The notes under the pieces are model-generated. The model searched no databases and was not told the DNA's origin. It saw only the letters and a list, made by a program, of their open reading frames with translations. A stretch of DNA of 64,000 bases from a virus (Duplodnaviria > Caudoviricetes): the IMG/VR virus record IMGVR_UViG_3300025030_000042; one strand, written 5' to 3'. This document shows positions 55,971 through 64,000 of the stretch, piece by piece; position 1 is the stretch's first letter, and every line of letters begins with the position of its first letter. Made by a program: the position numbers and the translations under genes.

Positions 55971-56624
55971 TTAAAAATCATCATCTTCTGGATTATTTTC
56001 AACAGATAATAGTTCTTCGTCTAATATATCAAAAATATTTTCTATTTCATCCGCAGAAAGCAAAGCAAACTTCTTTTTCATCATATTGCCTCGCTTTTTC
56101 ATTCTTCTTTCAACATTTTGTTGTTGTTTTGAAAGCAATAACTTGGTAGAGTTTTGCGTTCTTTCGCATTCTACTTCTCTCAAAAAATTCATAACTCTTT
56201 CATCATTTTCCAAATACTTATCAACAAAATCTTTGAAAAAGTCTTTTATTTTTATTCCATCGTGATTGAGTTTAATAAAAAGTTCCGCTCTTTTTTTGTC
56301 GGACTCTTTATAAAAATAACTTTTTTTTAATATATCCTTTACCGATCTAAAATCTTCTTGACCGTAATTGACTTCTCCTTCTTCTTTTAAAAGTTTATTT
56401 TCTAAAGAACGATTACTTTTTATTATTCTTCTTTCTTCTAAAACTGTTTTTTTTTCTTCTTCTGTAAGATTGTCCCAACCTTTTTCTATAAGTTCATCAT
56501 AAACTGGATAATCTAATAAAATCTTTTCTTTCTTTTCCGGCGGGGCCTCAAACTTTTTTACCCACCACGGTTGATTTTTATAATCAATCGATCCGGAAAT
56601 GGTGTTATTTTTCTTCTCTTCCAT
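55971..56624 (-). CDS. hypothetical protein
   Basis: 217 aa. Confidence 0.7.
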   Translation of the reverse strand: MEEKKNNTISGSIDYKNQPWWVKKFEAPPEKKEKILLDYPVYDELIEKGWDNLTEEEKKTVLEERRIIKSNRSLENKLLKEEGEVNYGQEDFRSVKDILKKSYFYKESDKKRAELFIKLNHDGIKIKDFFKDFVDKYLENDERVMNFLREVECERTQNSTKLLLSKQQQNVERRMKKRGNMMKKKFALLSADEIENIFDILDEELLSVENNPEDDDF

Positions 56625-57652
56625 TATGCTTTTTCTAATATATGTGGACGACTTTCTTTTTGTCCCATTGCGGTTCGTTTCATAAAATCCGCCTTATGTT
56701 GAAGTTCTTTTATATTGAATGCCCCCGAATAAGATAATCCAGAACGAACACCACGACAAATATCTTCAATCACATCTTCAACACATCCTTTATAATCAAC
56801 ATAGGTTGAAATCCCCTCATCCGAAGAAAACTCACCTTTATATGATATTTGTGCGGTTTTAGATCCCATACCAGAATATACTTTACACAAACGATTATTG
56901 TGGGCTAGAATATCTCCGGGACATTGATCTGTGCCGGCGAGCATTGACCCAAGCATTACAAAAGATCCGCCCGCTCCCAAAGCTTTGACGACATCTCCAC
57001 TATTTTTACATCCACCATCAGCAATAATCGGAACGCCATATTGTTTTGAAATAGAACAGCAATCTACTATTGATTGAAATGTTGGTAAACCATGACCAGT
57101 TTGAACAGAAGTGCTACAGATTGAACCTGGAGATACTCCCACACGAATACTATTCGCACCGGCTTGACACAAACCTTCAAAAGCATCCTCTGTAGCAACA
57201 TTGCCGACCATCAAATGGAAGCGATCATTAAATCTATTTTTGATTTCAAATATTGCTTGTTCCATCAATATAGAATCGCCGTGGGCAACATCTAAACAAA
57301 TAATATCAACATTATATTGTTCCAACACCTCTATTCTTTTTAGATAATCTCCAGTTACTCCAACAGCAAAAGCAGTTAAAACATTGTGTTCATTCAGTTT
57401 TTTTATAATATCAACTTGTCTTTCTAATGTCATATAACGATGAACAATACCCAATCCACCGACGCGAGACATTGCGAGTGCCATTTCAATTTCACAAATC
57501 GTGCTCATTGGACTGGCGATAATAGGAATAGAAAGATTGATGTTTCTTCCAAGATTTGAAGACAAATCAACATCTTTTCTACTTTTGACCATACTGTATT
57601 GTGGAACCAAAAGAACATCGTCATAACATAAGGCAGTTTTTATTTCATTCAT
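56624..57652 (-). CDS. GMP reductase/IMP dehydrogenase family enzyme (GMP reductase favoured)
   Basis: DDVLLVP, DVAHG, GSIC, IADGG, GMGS; no CBS domain, short flap without RY. Confidence 0.85.
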   Translation of the reverse strand: MNEIKTALCYDDVLLVPQYSMVKSRKDVDLSSNLGRNINLSIPIIASPMSTICEIEMALAMSRVGGLGIVHRYMTLERQVDIIKKLNEHNVLTAFAVGVTGDYLKRIEVLEQYNVDIICLDVAHGDSILMEQAIFEIKNRFNDRFHLMVGNVATEDAFEGLCQAGANSIRVGVSPGSICSTSVQTGHGLPTFQSIVDCCSISKQYGVPIIADGGCKNSGDVVKALGAGGSFVMLGSMLAGTDQCPGDILAHNNRLCKVYSGMGSKTAQISYKGEFSSDEGISTYVDYKGCVEDVIEDICRGVRSGLSYSGAFNIKELQHKADFMKRTAMGQKESRPHILEKA

Positions 57653-57655
57653 ATT

Positions 57656-58147
57656 TTATCTATCCAAAATTTCAAAATAAGGGGAATCATTGATACAAAG
57701 ATTTCGACATCCGCTATCAAAAACAACCACCATTGAAGGAAATGGAGCAGAGTTTTTGCTATCGCCAAACTTCAATCGACCTTTGACAAAATATATTTTA
57801 TATGCTTTCATACAATATTGATGAAAAGACTTCGTATCTGTTCTTGCCGGCAAAAGCATTACTACTTTAGTATTCGGTTTAAGACTCTCCAAATATCCCT
57901 TCTCAACCCATCGCTTAAGATCTTTTCCGTAAGGCGGGTTATTATATATAACATTATTACTCCAATCTTGTTTTAGCCCATCATCTTCAACGGTGTAAAA
58001 CTTTGAACATTTGGCATTTTCTTTTGTTGACGCCGGATCCAAAGTAAATGGACCGAACATAGTATTTAGTTTGTTATAAAAACCTTGTGGTGTAGCCCAT
58101 TCGTTATCTTTGGAGGAAAATAAAACTTCTTGTGTTTTTTTGTTCAT
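57656..58147 (-). CDS. phage DNA N6-adenine methyltransferase (T1/HP1 Dam-type)
   Basis: EWATP, LDPAS, DGLKQDW, NPPY, LLPARTDT, GRLKF. Confidence 0.88.
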   Translation of the reverse strand: MNKKTQEVLFSSKDNEWATPQGFYNKLNTMFGPFTLDPASTKENAKCSKFYTVEDDGLKQDWSNNVIYNNPPYGKDLKRWVEKGYLESLKPNTKVVMLLPARTDTKSFHQYCMKAYKIYFVKGRLKFGDSKNSAPFPSMVVVFDSGCRNLCINDSPYFEILDR

Positions 58148-58148
58148 T

Positions 58149-58706
58149 TTATTTTTCCAAATTTAATAAATCTATATCAGATTCTACTTCATTACCCCAA
58201 ACATCCCAACCATCTGATTTATTACGAGCAAATAACTCAATGCGAGGTAAATCACCACACAAATCTATAATTCTTTTTTTAACTTCTTCTGGTTTTTTAC
58301 TATGAGATTCTATAGGGGTATCAACAATAGAATGAACTCCACAATTTATCCTTTTTGGTTTTCCTTTCGTAGCGATCAAACAAAGTTCAGCGTTTGCTCT
58401 TGTCCATCTTCCCATACCCCAAAACCAACTTGGTGCTTTTTTATTTCTTTTTACCCAAGTAAATCCAACAGTTTTATATTCAAATCCCCATTGAGAAATA
58501 ACTGACCAACATTCATTCAACTTTGGCATTGTTACCCATAAAAATAAAATACTATCATCTGTTGAAATGTCTTTTACTGGAAGATTACAAATCCAGTTAT
58601 TGGATTGTGTGTTATATTTACAACCAGCACCTCTATTTCCCGATAATGCTTTATCTTTATATTCCCACGGAGGATCGGCATATATAATATTATATTTTTT
58701 ATTCAT
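58149..58706 (-). CDS. MT-A70 family adenine methyltransferase
   Basis: YNIIYADPPW, LFLWVT, WGFEY, HSKKP, RIELFAR; start re-picked. Confidence 0.9.
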   Translation of the reverse strand: MNKKYNIIYADPPWEYKDKALSGNRGAGCKYNTQSNNWICNLPVKDISTDDSILFLWVTMPKLNECWSVISQWGFEYKTVGFTWVKRNKKAPSWFWGMGRWTRANAELCLIATKGKPKRINCGVHSIVDTPIESHSKKPEEVKKRIIDLCGDLPRIELFARNKSDGWDVWGNEVESDIDLLNLEK

Positions 58707-58707
58707 T

Positions 58708-59199
58708 TTAATCTCCCGTTGTCCCGAACCCGCCTCTCGTGGCTCTATTTGATTCTTGAAGTTCTTCCAACGGCATTTCGCAAATATCAGGTTGTAACAA
58801 TGGTCGCAAAATAAGTTGGGCAATACGAGAATGTTTTTTTAATGTAATGGCATTCAAATAATAAGAATCTTCTGATAATACATTTAGTAATGGAATCTTG
58901 ATTTCGTCGGCGGGGCCGCAAAAATCAAAATCCAAAACGCCTACGCCATTTACCTGAACAAGTCCGGGATTTTTTATTGGCGTGCTCGATCTCAAACACA
59001 ACTCATACCAATATCCCATCGGCGGTTTTACGACAATGCCGGTTCTTGCCAATACTACTTGCCTTGGTGGAATAAAAGTATCTTCCAACAAATATAGATC
59101 ACAACCAGACGATTGCGGAGTCCCATAAGTCGGAATGATTGCGTCTGGATGGATTCTTGTAAAATATGATTTGGCACGACCTTTATTTGTGTTTGTCAT
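58708..59199 (-). CDS. dut: trimeric dUTPase
   Basis: SGCDL, RSS, GVLDFDFCG, RIAQL, RGGFGTTG; start re-picked. Confidence 0.88.
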   Translation of the reverse strand: MTNTNKGRAKSYFTRIHPDAIIPTYGTPQSSGCDLYLLEDTFIPPRQVVLARTGIVVKPPMGYWYELCLRSSTPIKNPGLVQVNGVGVLDFDFCGPADEIKIPLLNVLSEDSYYLNAITLKKHSRIAQLILRPLLQPDICEMPLEELQESNRATRGGFGTTGD

Positions 59200-59203
59200 T
59201 ATA

Positions 59204-59512
59204 TCACCACCACTCTTCATTATCTTTTTCTTCAACCCATTCTGCTCCATCGTATTCACGAATTTTATAGGGTCCCGAAACGCTTTCCACCTCTAAATTC
59301 CCCAATCCCAACAAACAAACATAATTTTTATTATATTTCTCTTGTATTTCCTTAACCATTTGTAAAACAACTGAGTGATTTTCTGTTAAAATCTCTCCTT
59401 TTTCAACAAGTTCAATAATCGGTTCATATTCCGCCATAAACTTCCCAACGCCTTCATTATTCCAAGACGACCATCCCGCGCCATATCCTCTTGATATTAA
59501 TACTTTTTTCAT
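59204..59512 (-). CDS. conserved phage protein (GYGAGWSSWN motif)
   Basis: motif plus EYDGAE. Confidence 0.7.
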   Translation of the reverse strand: MKKVLISRGYGAGWSSWNNEGVGKFMAEYEPIIELVEKGEILTENHSVVLQMVKEIQEKYNKNYVCLLGLGNLEVESVSGPYKIREYDGAEWVEEKDNEEWW

Positions 59513-59513
59513 T

Positions 59514-59792
59514 TCAACCACCTGTTCCAGAAGGAAAAAATTTACAGTGTCTACATTCCGAACAAAAACAAGGATTTTCGGGTTTACATTGTTCCAACAA
59601 ATCTAAATCTATAACCTCTTTTTCAAATGCCTTTTTATAATATTCAAAATCACTTTTGAGTTCTTCCAAAAATTCCCCACCAATACCCACAGAATCTTCT
59701 GTCCACGATTCTATCTTACCTTCTTCATCATAATAAACTTCTCGGATAGAATAAAAACCATCTATTTTTGTTATTCTATAGTTCCAAGTCAT
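59514..59792 (-). CDS. conserved phage protein (WNYR..EVYY motif)
   Basis: start re-picked. Confidence 0.65.
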   Translation of the reverse strand: MTWNYRITKIDGFYSIREVYYDEEGKIESWTEDSVGIGGEFLEELKSDFEYYKKAFEKEVIDLDLLEQCKPENPCFCSECRHCKFFPSGTGG

Positions 59793-59805
59793 TTTGAATC
59801 TCCTG

Positions 59806-60003
59806 TTATGTATAGGGTTCGGATTCAAACCTATAGACACCACCATCATACTCAACATAAACTAAATAACATTTATTTTCAGATTGATTAATAAACTCAA
59901 GAGCTTCTTCTTTTTCATAGAAATGTTGAGAATATAAATCGTTGTCATTTAACTCTATAACGAAGTATTGATTTTTTAAAAATCCATCTCCAATAAAAGG
60001 CAT
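59806..60003 (-). CDS. hypothetical protein
   Basis: 65 aa. Confidence 0.6.
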   Translation of the reverse strand: MPFIGDGFLKNQYFVIELNDNDLYSQHFYEKEEALEFINQSENKCYLVYVEYDGGVYRFESEPYT

Positions 60004-60004
60004 C

Positions 60005-60247
60005 TTATTCCCCTATCTTAATCTTACATTTTTCAGTATTGAAAAAGATTCTTCTTTTATCTACACCACCGAAATCGCACAAACATCTCGTAACGCCCAA
60101 ATATTCGTCTCTTCCGTGCCACCAAGCATTATTCGTTTTCTCAACAGCAGAGCACAAATCATAGCAACATTCATCCATTTTGTCAAATGGATCTCCTCCA
60201 CAAGACGCAAAAAAGATCGCCGATACAATAAAAAACAATCTTTTCAT
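60005..60247 (-). CDS. Cys-rich lipoprotein
   Basis: FFASC lipobox. Confidence 0.65.
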   Translation of the reverse strand: MKRLFFIVSAIFFASCGGDPFDKMDECCYDLCSAVEKTNNAWWHGRDEYLGVTRCLCDFGGVDKRRIFFNTEKCKIKIGE

Positions 60248-60532
60248 CTATTTTTCATTCTCTTCGCATTTCATATAATACCCATTTAATATTGCGTCTT
60301 TGATTTTTCGATCGTTTTCCTTTCGTTCATATTTTTCAATAATACGATCCAAATACCATTTCGCTTTTTTAAGATCTTTTAAAGGTTCTTCTTTGAAAGG
60401 ATGTCTGGAAACATATTTTATAATGTTTCCGGTCGCAAAATCCATATTCCAGGACTCAATGAAATCTATTACTTCTATTCCTTGATTATAATGGGAGGGA
60501 TGATTTACTTGTTCTTTTTTGTTTTCATTCAC
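60248..60532 (-). CDS. DUF3310-type phage protein
   Basis: VNHPSHY..GNIIKY.SR..DLKKAKWYL. Confidence 0.85.
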   Translation of the reverse strand: MNENKKEQVNHPSHYNQGIEVIDFIESWNMDFATGNIIKYVSRHPFKEEPLKDLKKAKWYLDRIIEKYERKENDRKIKDAILNGYYMKCEENEK

Positions 60533-60765
60533 ATTAGCACCTTTTCTACTTGATCTAAATCGCTTTTCCAGATTTTCGGAAACCCTTTATATTGTGGCCA
60601 GTAACATACGATTTTTATTGTTCCGTTGACCGATTCATACATTTCATATACAACACCAACTCCAAAAAATCCATGCCACATTTCCGCTTCTCTATCAATA
60701 AACTTTACAAGATTTCCTATCTTTATCTGCTCAACAATCTTGATCTTTTTTCTTTCCTGTGTCAT
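60529..60765 (-). CDS. K(V/I)GDL-family protein
   Basis: IKIGNLV..VGVV..CYW. Confidence 0.65.
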   Translation of the reverse strand: MTQERKKIKIVEQIKIGNLVKFIDREAEMWHGFFGVGVVYEMYESVNGTIKIVCYWPQYKGFPKIWKSDLDQVEKVLM

Positions 60766-61213
60766 TCAAACTCTTTTGCGTCTGCTGATATTTTACAACA
60801 CTAACTCCTCTCTTAAATAGAATCTCAAGACCGGTTGTGTCTCTATATTCTATTTCATAAATGACAGTTTTAATGGTTGTAGCATTTATGATGGCACGAG
60901 CACATATCTTACAAGGACTATGAGTTAAATACATTTTCTTTTCTCGGACATCATCATACGGCATTTTAATCAAACTGTTTATTTCACTATGAATCGTTCC
61001 TTCTTCGCCAGGAAGTAAAGAATCTGGTTCATTTAGTTCACTGCCACTTTCTATTCCATTATATCCAAGACTTAAAACACAATGATTGTCAGAAGTTACA
61101 ATAACACTACCAACCTTCGTTCGTGGACTATGAGATCGCTGGGCAATAATAAAAGCAAGATTCATCCAGATTGAATCCCAAGTGGGGCGATTATCTATTT
61201 TGTTGTCGGACAT
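60731..61213 (-). CDS. dCMP deaminase
   Basis: LGYNG, HSE, PCKIC zinc motifs. Confidence 0.88.
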   Translation of the reverse strand: MSDNKIDNRPTWDSIWMNLAFIIAQRSHSPRTKVGSVIVTSDNHCVLSLGYNGIESGSELNEPDSLLPGEEGTIHSEINSLIKMPYDDVREKKMYLTHSPCKICARAIINATTIKTVIYEIEYRDTTGLEILFKRGVSVVKYQQTQKSLNDTGKKKDQDC

Positions 61214-61431
61214 TCAACCACCCATTTTACCAACTCAATGAAATCTTTTGGAAACCCAACATTTTCAATATTATGAAGAAATATCATATTATTTTCTATT
61301 CTACTTATTTTTCCAAGATGTCCATCAATTCCTTTTAGTTCTTTTGGAAGTTGATAATCTTTTGGTATTCTTACGAACGCCCAATCGTTTATCTTCGGTA
61401 TTCTTGATATTTCTTTCGTCATTTCTGGCAA
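61195..61431 (-). CDS. small hypothetical protein
   Basis: 78 aa. Confidence 0.6.
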   Translation of the reverse strand: MPEMTKEISRIPKINDWAFVRIPKDYQLPKELKGIDGHLGKISRIENNMIFLHNIENVGFPKDFIELVKWVVECPTTK

Positions 61432-61619
61432 ACTTTTTTAATAAAATCCAAATTATCAACAATCTTAAATGGTTCATAATGTATTTCGGAAATATCTGCC
61501 CAATATATTCTATATGATTTTCCCTTAGCAGATAAAATCACACCAAACGCCTCTTTTTGAACATTATGAATATCATACTTCATTCTTATCAAATCACCTT
61601 GTTTATATTTCGGCGGCAT
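61419..61619 (-). CDS. K(V/I)GDL-family protein
   Basis: YKQGDLI..FGVIL..YRIYW; start re-picked. Confidence 0.65.
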   Translation of the reverse strand: MPPKYKQGDLIRMKYDIHNVQKEAFGVILSAKGKSYRIYWADISEIHYEPFKIVDNLDFIKKVCQK

Positions 61620-62619
61620 TGTAAGACCATTTGATTTCTTTTGTTGTATTCGTATTTTTTTGAACGGCATCAATAAAAATATTCTTAAACTCTTCTTCAT
61701 TGGAACATTCATAAAGTTCATTATTCATATTGAAAAGTTTCCATACTCCGACTTCTTTAAGAATGTCCATTTTATTGACGATTAAATGTGTTGCTCCGTT
61801 GATTTGAATGGCGCGAATGAGGGAAGGTAGATCCAAATAGTTACAGAATCTTTTTCTTCCTGTCGTTGCTCCGATTTCTTTTCCAACTACCTGTAATCGC
61901 TCAAGATTTGAATCATTCGTATTCTGGAATCCTATTTTGTTTCCCACATATGTATCATATGATTTACACACACCTACGATATTTCTAATCCATTGGTGCG
62001 GAATACCACTCAACAACGCTCCAGCGGCAGTGGTATGAGAACTTGTAACATAAGGATACTCTCCGATCGAAATATCAAGAAATGTTCCCTGTGCTCCCTC
62101 CATAAGAATCGTTTTTGATTTTCCATCGTGTATTTCATCATAAAAATCAACAAGATACGACTGAAGTTCTGGAACATCTTTTGCTTGTAATCCAATGCGA
62201 GCATATTTATCGCGATATGCCGGACCAATACCTTGTTTTGTTGTGCCGATCTTTGAATCTCGTTCGTCTTCCAAAATATTATCAAATGTAACAATGTGTG
62301 TGTTTCTTGAGATTTTCACCAAATCGTGAATGTTTTTGATGCCGGCATCATATAAAGAAGACATTTCTTCAAAAAACTTTACTGGATTTAAAACACATTC
62401 GGGACCGATAATGGATTTAATACCAAAGAATATTCCTGCCGGTAAATGGTGAAGAATGACTTTTTCGTCATTATGATACAGCGATCCACCTGAATTACCA
62501 CCGCCACTAAAACGTATTGAATGTGTATAATCTCCGTTTTTCAATAGATTGTAGCAAATTTTTTTCTTTCCGCAATCTCCCCATTTTAAATCTATAAGAA
62601 TATCAACGACTTGCGTCAT
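61603..62619 (-). CDS. purA: short adenylosuccinate synthetase-like protein with altered catalytic motifs
   Basis: WGDCGKKK, IGTTKQGIGPAY, EGAQG..YPYVTSS, GATTGRKR, NKMD. Confidence 0.85.
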   Translation of the reverse strand: MTQVVDILIDLKWGDCGKKKICYNLLKNGDYTHSIRFSGGGNSGGSLYHNDEKVILHHLPAGIFFGIKSIIGPECVLNPVKFFEEMSSLYDAGIKNIHDLVKISRNTHIVTFDNILEDERDSKIGTTKQGIGPAYRDKYARIGLQAKDVPELQSYLVDFYDEIHDGKSKTILMEGAQGTFLDISIGEYPYVTSSHTTAAGALLSGIPHQWIRNIVGVCKSYDTYVGNKIGFQNTNDSNLERLQVVGKEIGATTGRKRFCNYLDLPSLIRAIQINGATHLIVNKMDILKEVGVWKLFNMNNELYECSNEEEFKNIFIDAVQKNTNTTKEIKWSYNAAEI

Positions 62620-62960
62620 CTTAACACCTTTAGTTGCCAAATCTCTTTTGATAGTTCTTCATAATCTTCAAATTGCCCGAATAGTTTATCATCAAACATA
62701 AAACAAAAAATATCATATACTTCTTTATAAAAATCATCAAATGATTTGAACCTTTCAAAAGCCTCCAAAATAAGTTCTGCTTCTGGAAAGTATTCATCAG
62801 GCGCGCCCAAAGAAAACAACGCCATTGGATCGTGATGAGCAATAATGTCTGCGATCATTTTTGTTGTGATGATCATTTCATTTTCCCTTGGTTGTGGATA
62901 AAATGTGTTTTCCTTGGCACAAGGCCAAATATGAGTTGTATAAGGATTTTTATCATCCAT
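62616..62960 (-). CDS. hypothetical protein (DEYxPE motif)
   Basis: DPMALF..GAPDEYFPEA. Confidence 0.65.
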   Translation of the reverse strand: MDDKNPYTTHIWPCAKENTFYPQPRENEMIITTKMIADIIAHHDPMALFSLGAPDEYFPEAELILEAFERFKSFDDFYKEVYDIFCFMFDDKLFGQFEDYEELSKEIWQLKVLR

Positions 62961-63324
62961 TTTCGTTTTCTGTTTCTATTTTGGTCAACCTCGTATCTTC
63001 TTCTATCGATTCAATCCCTCGTTTGGTCCAAAAAACAATACTATATTTACCAAAAACGCCTTGATAATAAACTTATCTTTTTTAGAATGACACCATGCTC
63101 TTCCTTAGAAGTCCCCACGGAACTTTTTTAACTAAATCACCGACATTTAAATCTGGAATAGAACCCGTATGGGTATATGTATATGGAAGATTAAATACTC
63201 CTGCGGTATTGTTGCCGGTTATAGTTATAGTTCTAAACTCACTATTGTCGCCGGTAAGAAAATCCGATTGTATGTCTTCCAAGGCTTTTTTTAAAGAACA
63301 GGGTGCAATATCTTTCTTTTTCAT
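62957..63324 (-). pseudogene. ORF 63082..63324 running into a frame-broken K(V/I)GDL domain
   Basis: LNVGDLVKK / EEHGVILKK (shifted frame) / GKYSIVFW. Confidence 0.5.
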
Positions 63325-63330
63325 TTTATG

Positions 63331-64000
63331 TTATCCCAACAGTTTCCAAGTTCTTTTGATGGCGCCTCTCGTCGAAAAACTCCATTGAGGGCTCCAATCC
63401 GGCTTTATCATATATGGACGATTAACATATATTGTATCCTTATTTATATCAATCCCCCAACATCTTATTGATGTCTGTTTGGAGTTGCTATCAATAAGAT
63501 CGACAACATAATAATCTTTTCCTTTACCGGTTTTCTTTTGTATTACATTTCGTGGGATTGCCCACACACAATCGCAAAGTTCCGGATCATACTCGCTTAT
63601 CGGCGGTATACACATTTCTTCCAGTCTTCTCAACAACTTCTCTGACATTACCATATCGAACGGAAAAATGCCAGACAAAGTTGTGGCGTGCTCGATTTTT
63701 TGTTCCTCGGAGAAGTCCGGTTGACCACGATATTCCTCAATGTTTTCAAGGAGTTGTTTTTCGGTTTTAGGACGATTAAAAACAATAGAGCACCACATAT
63801 GTTTTGTATGCTCAAAACGATTGTCCATAATGGACTTTAATGATTCGGACTTCACAAGAACATCAAGAGATTTTTTGTTTAGTTTTTGATAGGAGATATT
63901 TTCATTAAACAGAAGTTCTTCAATGGTGTTGAATGGGCGATTGTTGATGATTTGTTCCATTGCTTTGTCACCCAAGCCTTTAAGTGATGTGAAAGGCTGG
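63331..64000 (-). CDS. dnaE: DNA polymerase III alpha subunit, C-terminal part (5' beyond window)
   Basis: SLKGLGDKA..RPFNTIEE HhH, then OB-fold KKTGKGKDYYVVDLID. Confidence 0.85.
   Translation of the reverse strand, partial: QPFTSLKGLGDKAMEQIINNRPFNTIEELLFNENISYQKLNKKSLDVLVKSESLKSIMDNRFEHTKHMWCSIVFNRPKTEKQLLENIEEYRGQPDFSEEQKIEHATTLSGIFPFDMVMSEKLLRRLEEMCIPPISEYDPELCDCVWAIPRNVIQKKTGKGKDYYVVDLIDSNSKQTSIRCWGIDINKDTIYVNRPYMIKPDWSPQWSFSTRGAIKRTWKLLG

Noticed and set aside
56624-57652. Confident guaB (IMPDH) call
   Set aside because: No CBS subdomain and no RY catalytic flap; left as GMPR/IMPDH family
61603-62619. PurZ (2-aminoadenine genome)
   Set aside because: The PurZ-diagnostic Asp-to-Ser change (GS.GKG) is absent and the TTGR loop is PurA-like; no MazZ/DatZ recognised in the window

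Overview
Fragment of an AT-rich huge (jumbo) dsDNA bacteriophage genome. Phage evidence: Shine-Dalgarno sites, sigma70-type promoters, a sigma factor, DnaE-type polymerase, GroEL and an endolysin-type amidase. Layout: (i) 1-11.4 kb, mostly minus strand: PD-(D/E)XK nuclease, proteases, acidic virion-like proteins, a ligase-like/HIGH-nucleotidyltransferase fusion. (ii) 11.6-24.8 kb, plus strand: MoxR-AAA/VWA pair, HNH, an atypical tRNA with UAU anticodon, CCA-type nucleotidyltransferase, RNA ligase, a GC-rich structured ncRNA candidate, many small K(V/I)GDL proteins. (iii) About 25.1-36.9 kb, a relatively GC-rich minus-strand block of small genes. It carries 18 copies of one promoter-like motif (AAATA-N12-GATCGTATAAY), an ECF sigma gene at its downstream end, nested non-coding repeats and a second tRNA-like element; it resembles an early host-takeover module. 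(iv) 37-64 kb, mostly minus strand: chaperones, lysis amidase, purine/pyrimidine enzymes, two adenine methyltransferases and the 3' end of DNA polymerase III alpha. The best candidate for an undescribed system is the GATC-containing promoter regulon plus phage sigma (and possibly a Dam-type methyltransferase), together with the non-canonical tRNA-like RNAs. All calls come from by-eye motif reading; no database searches were run.
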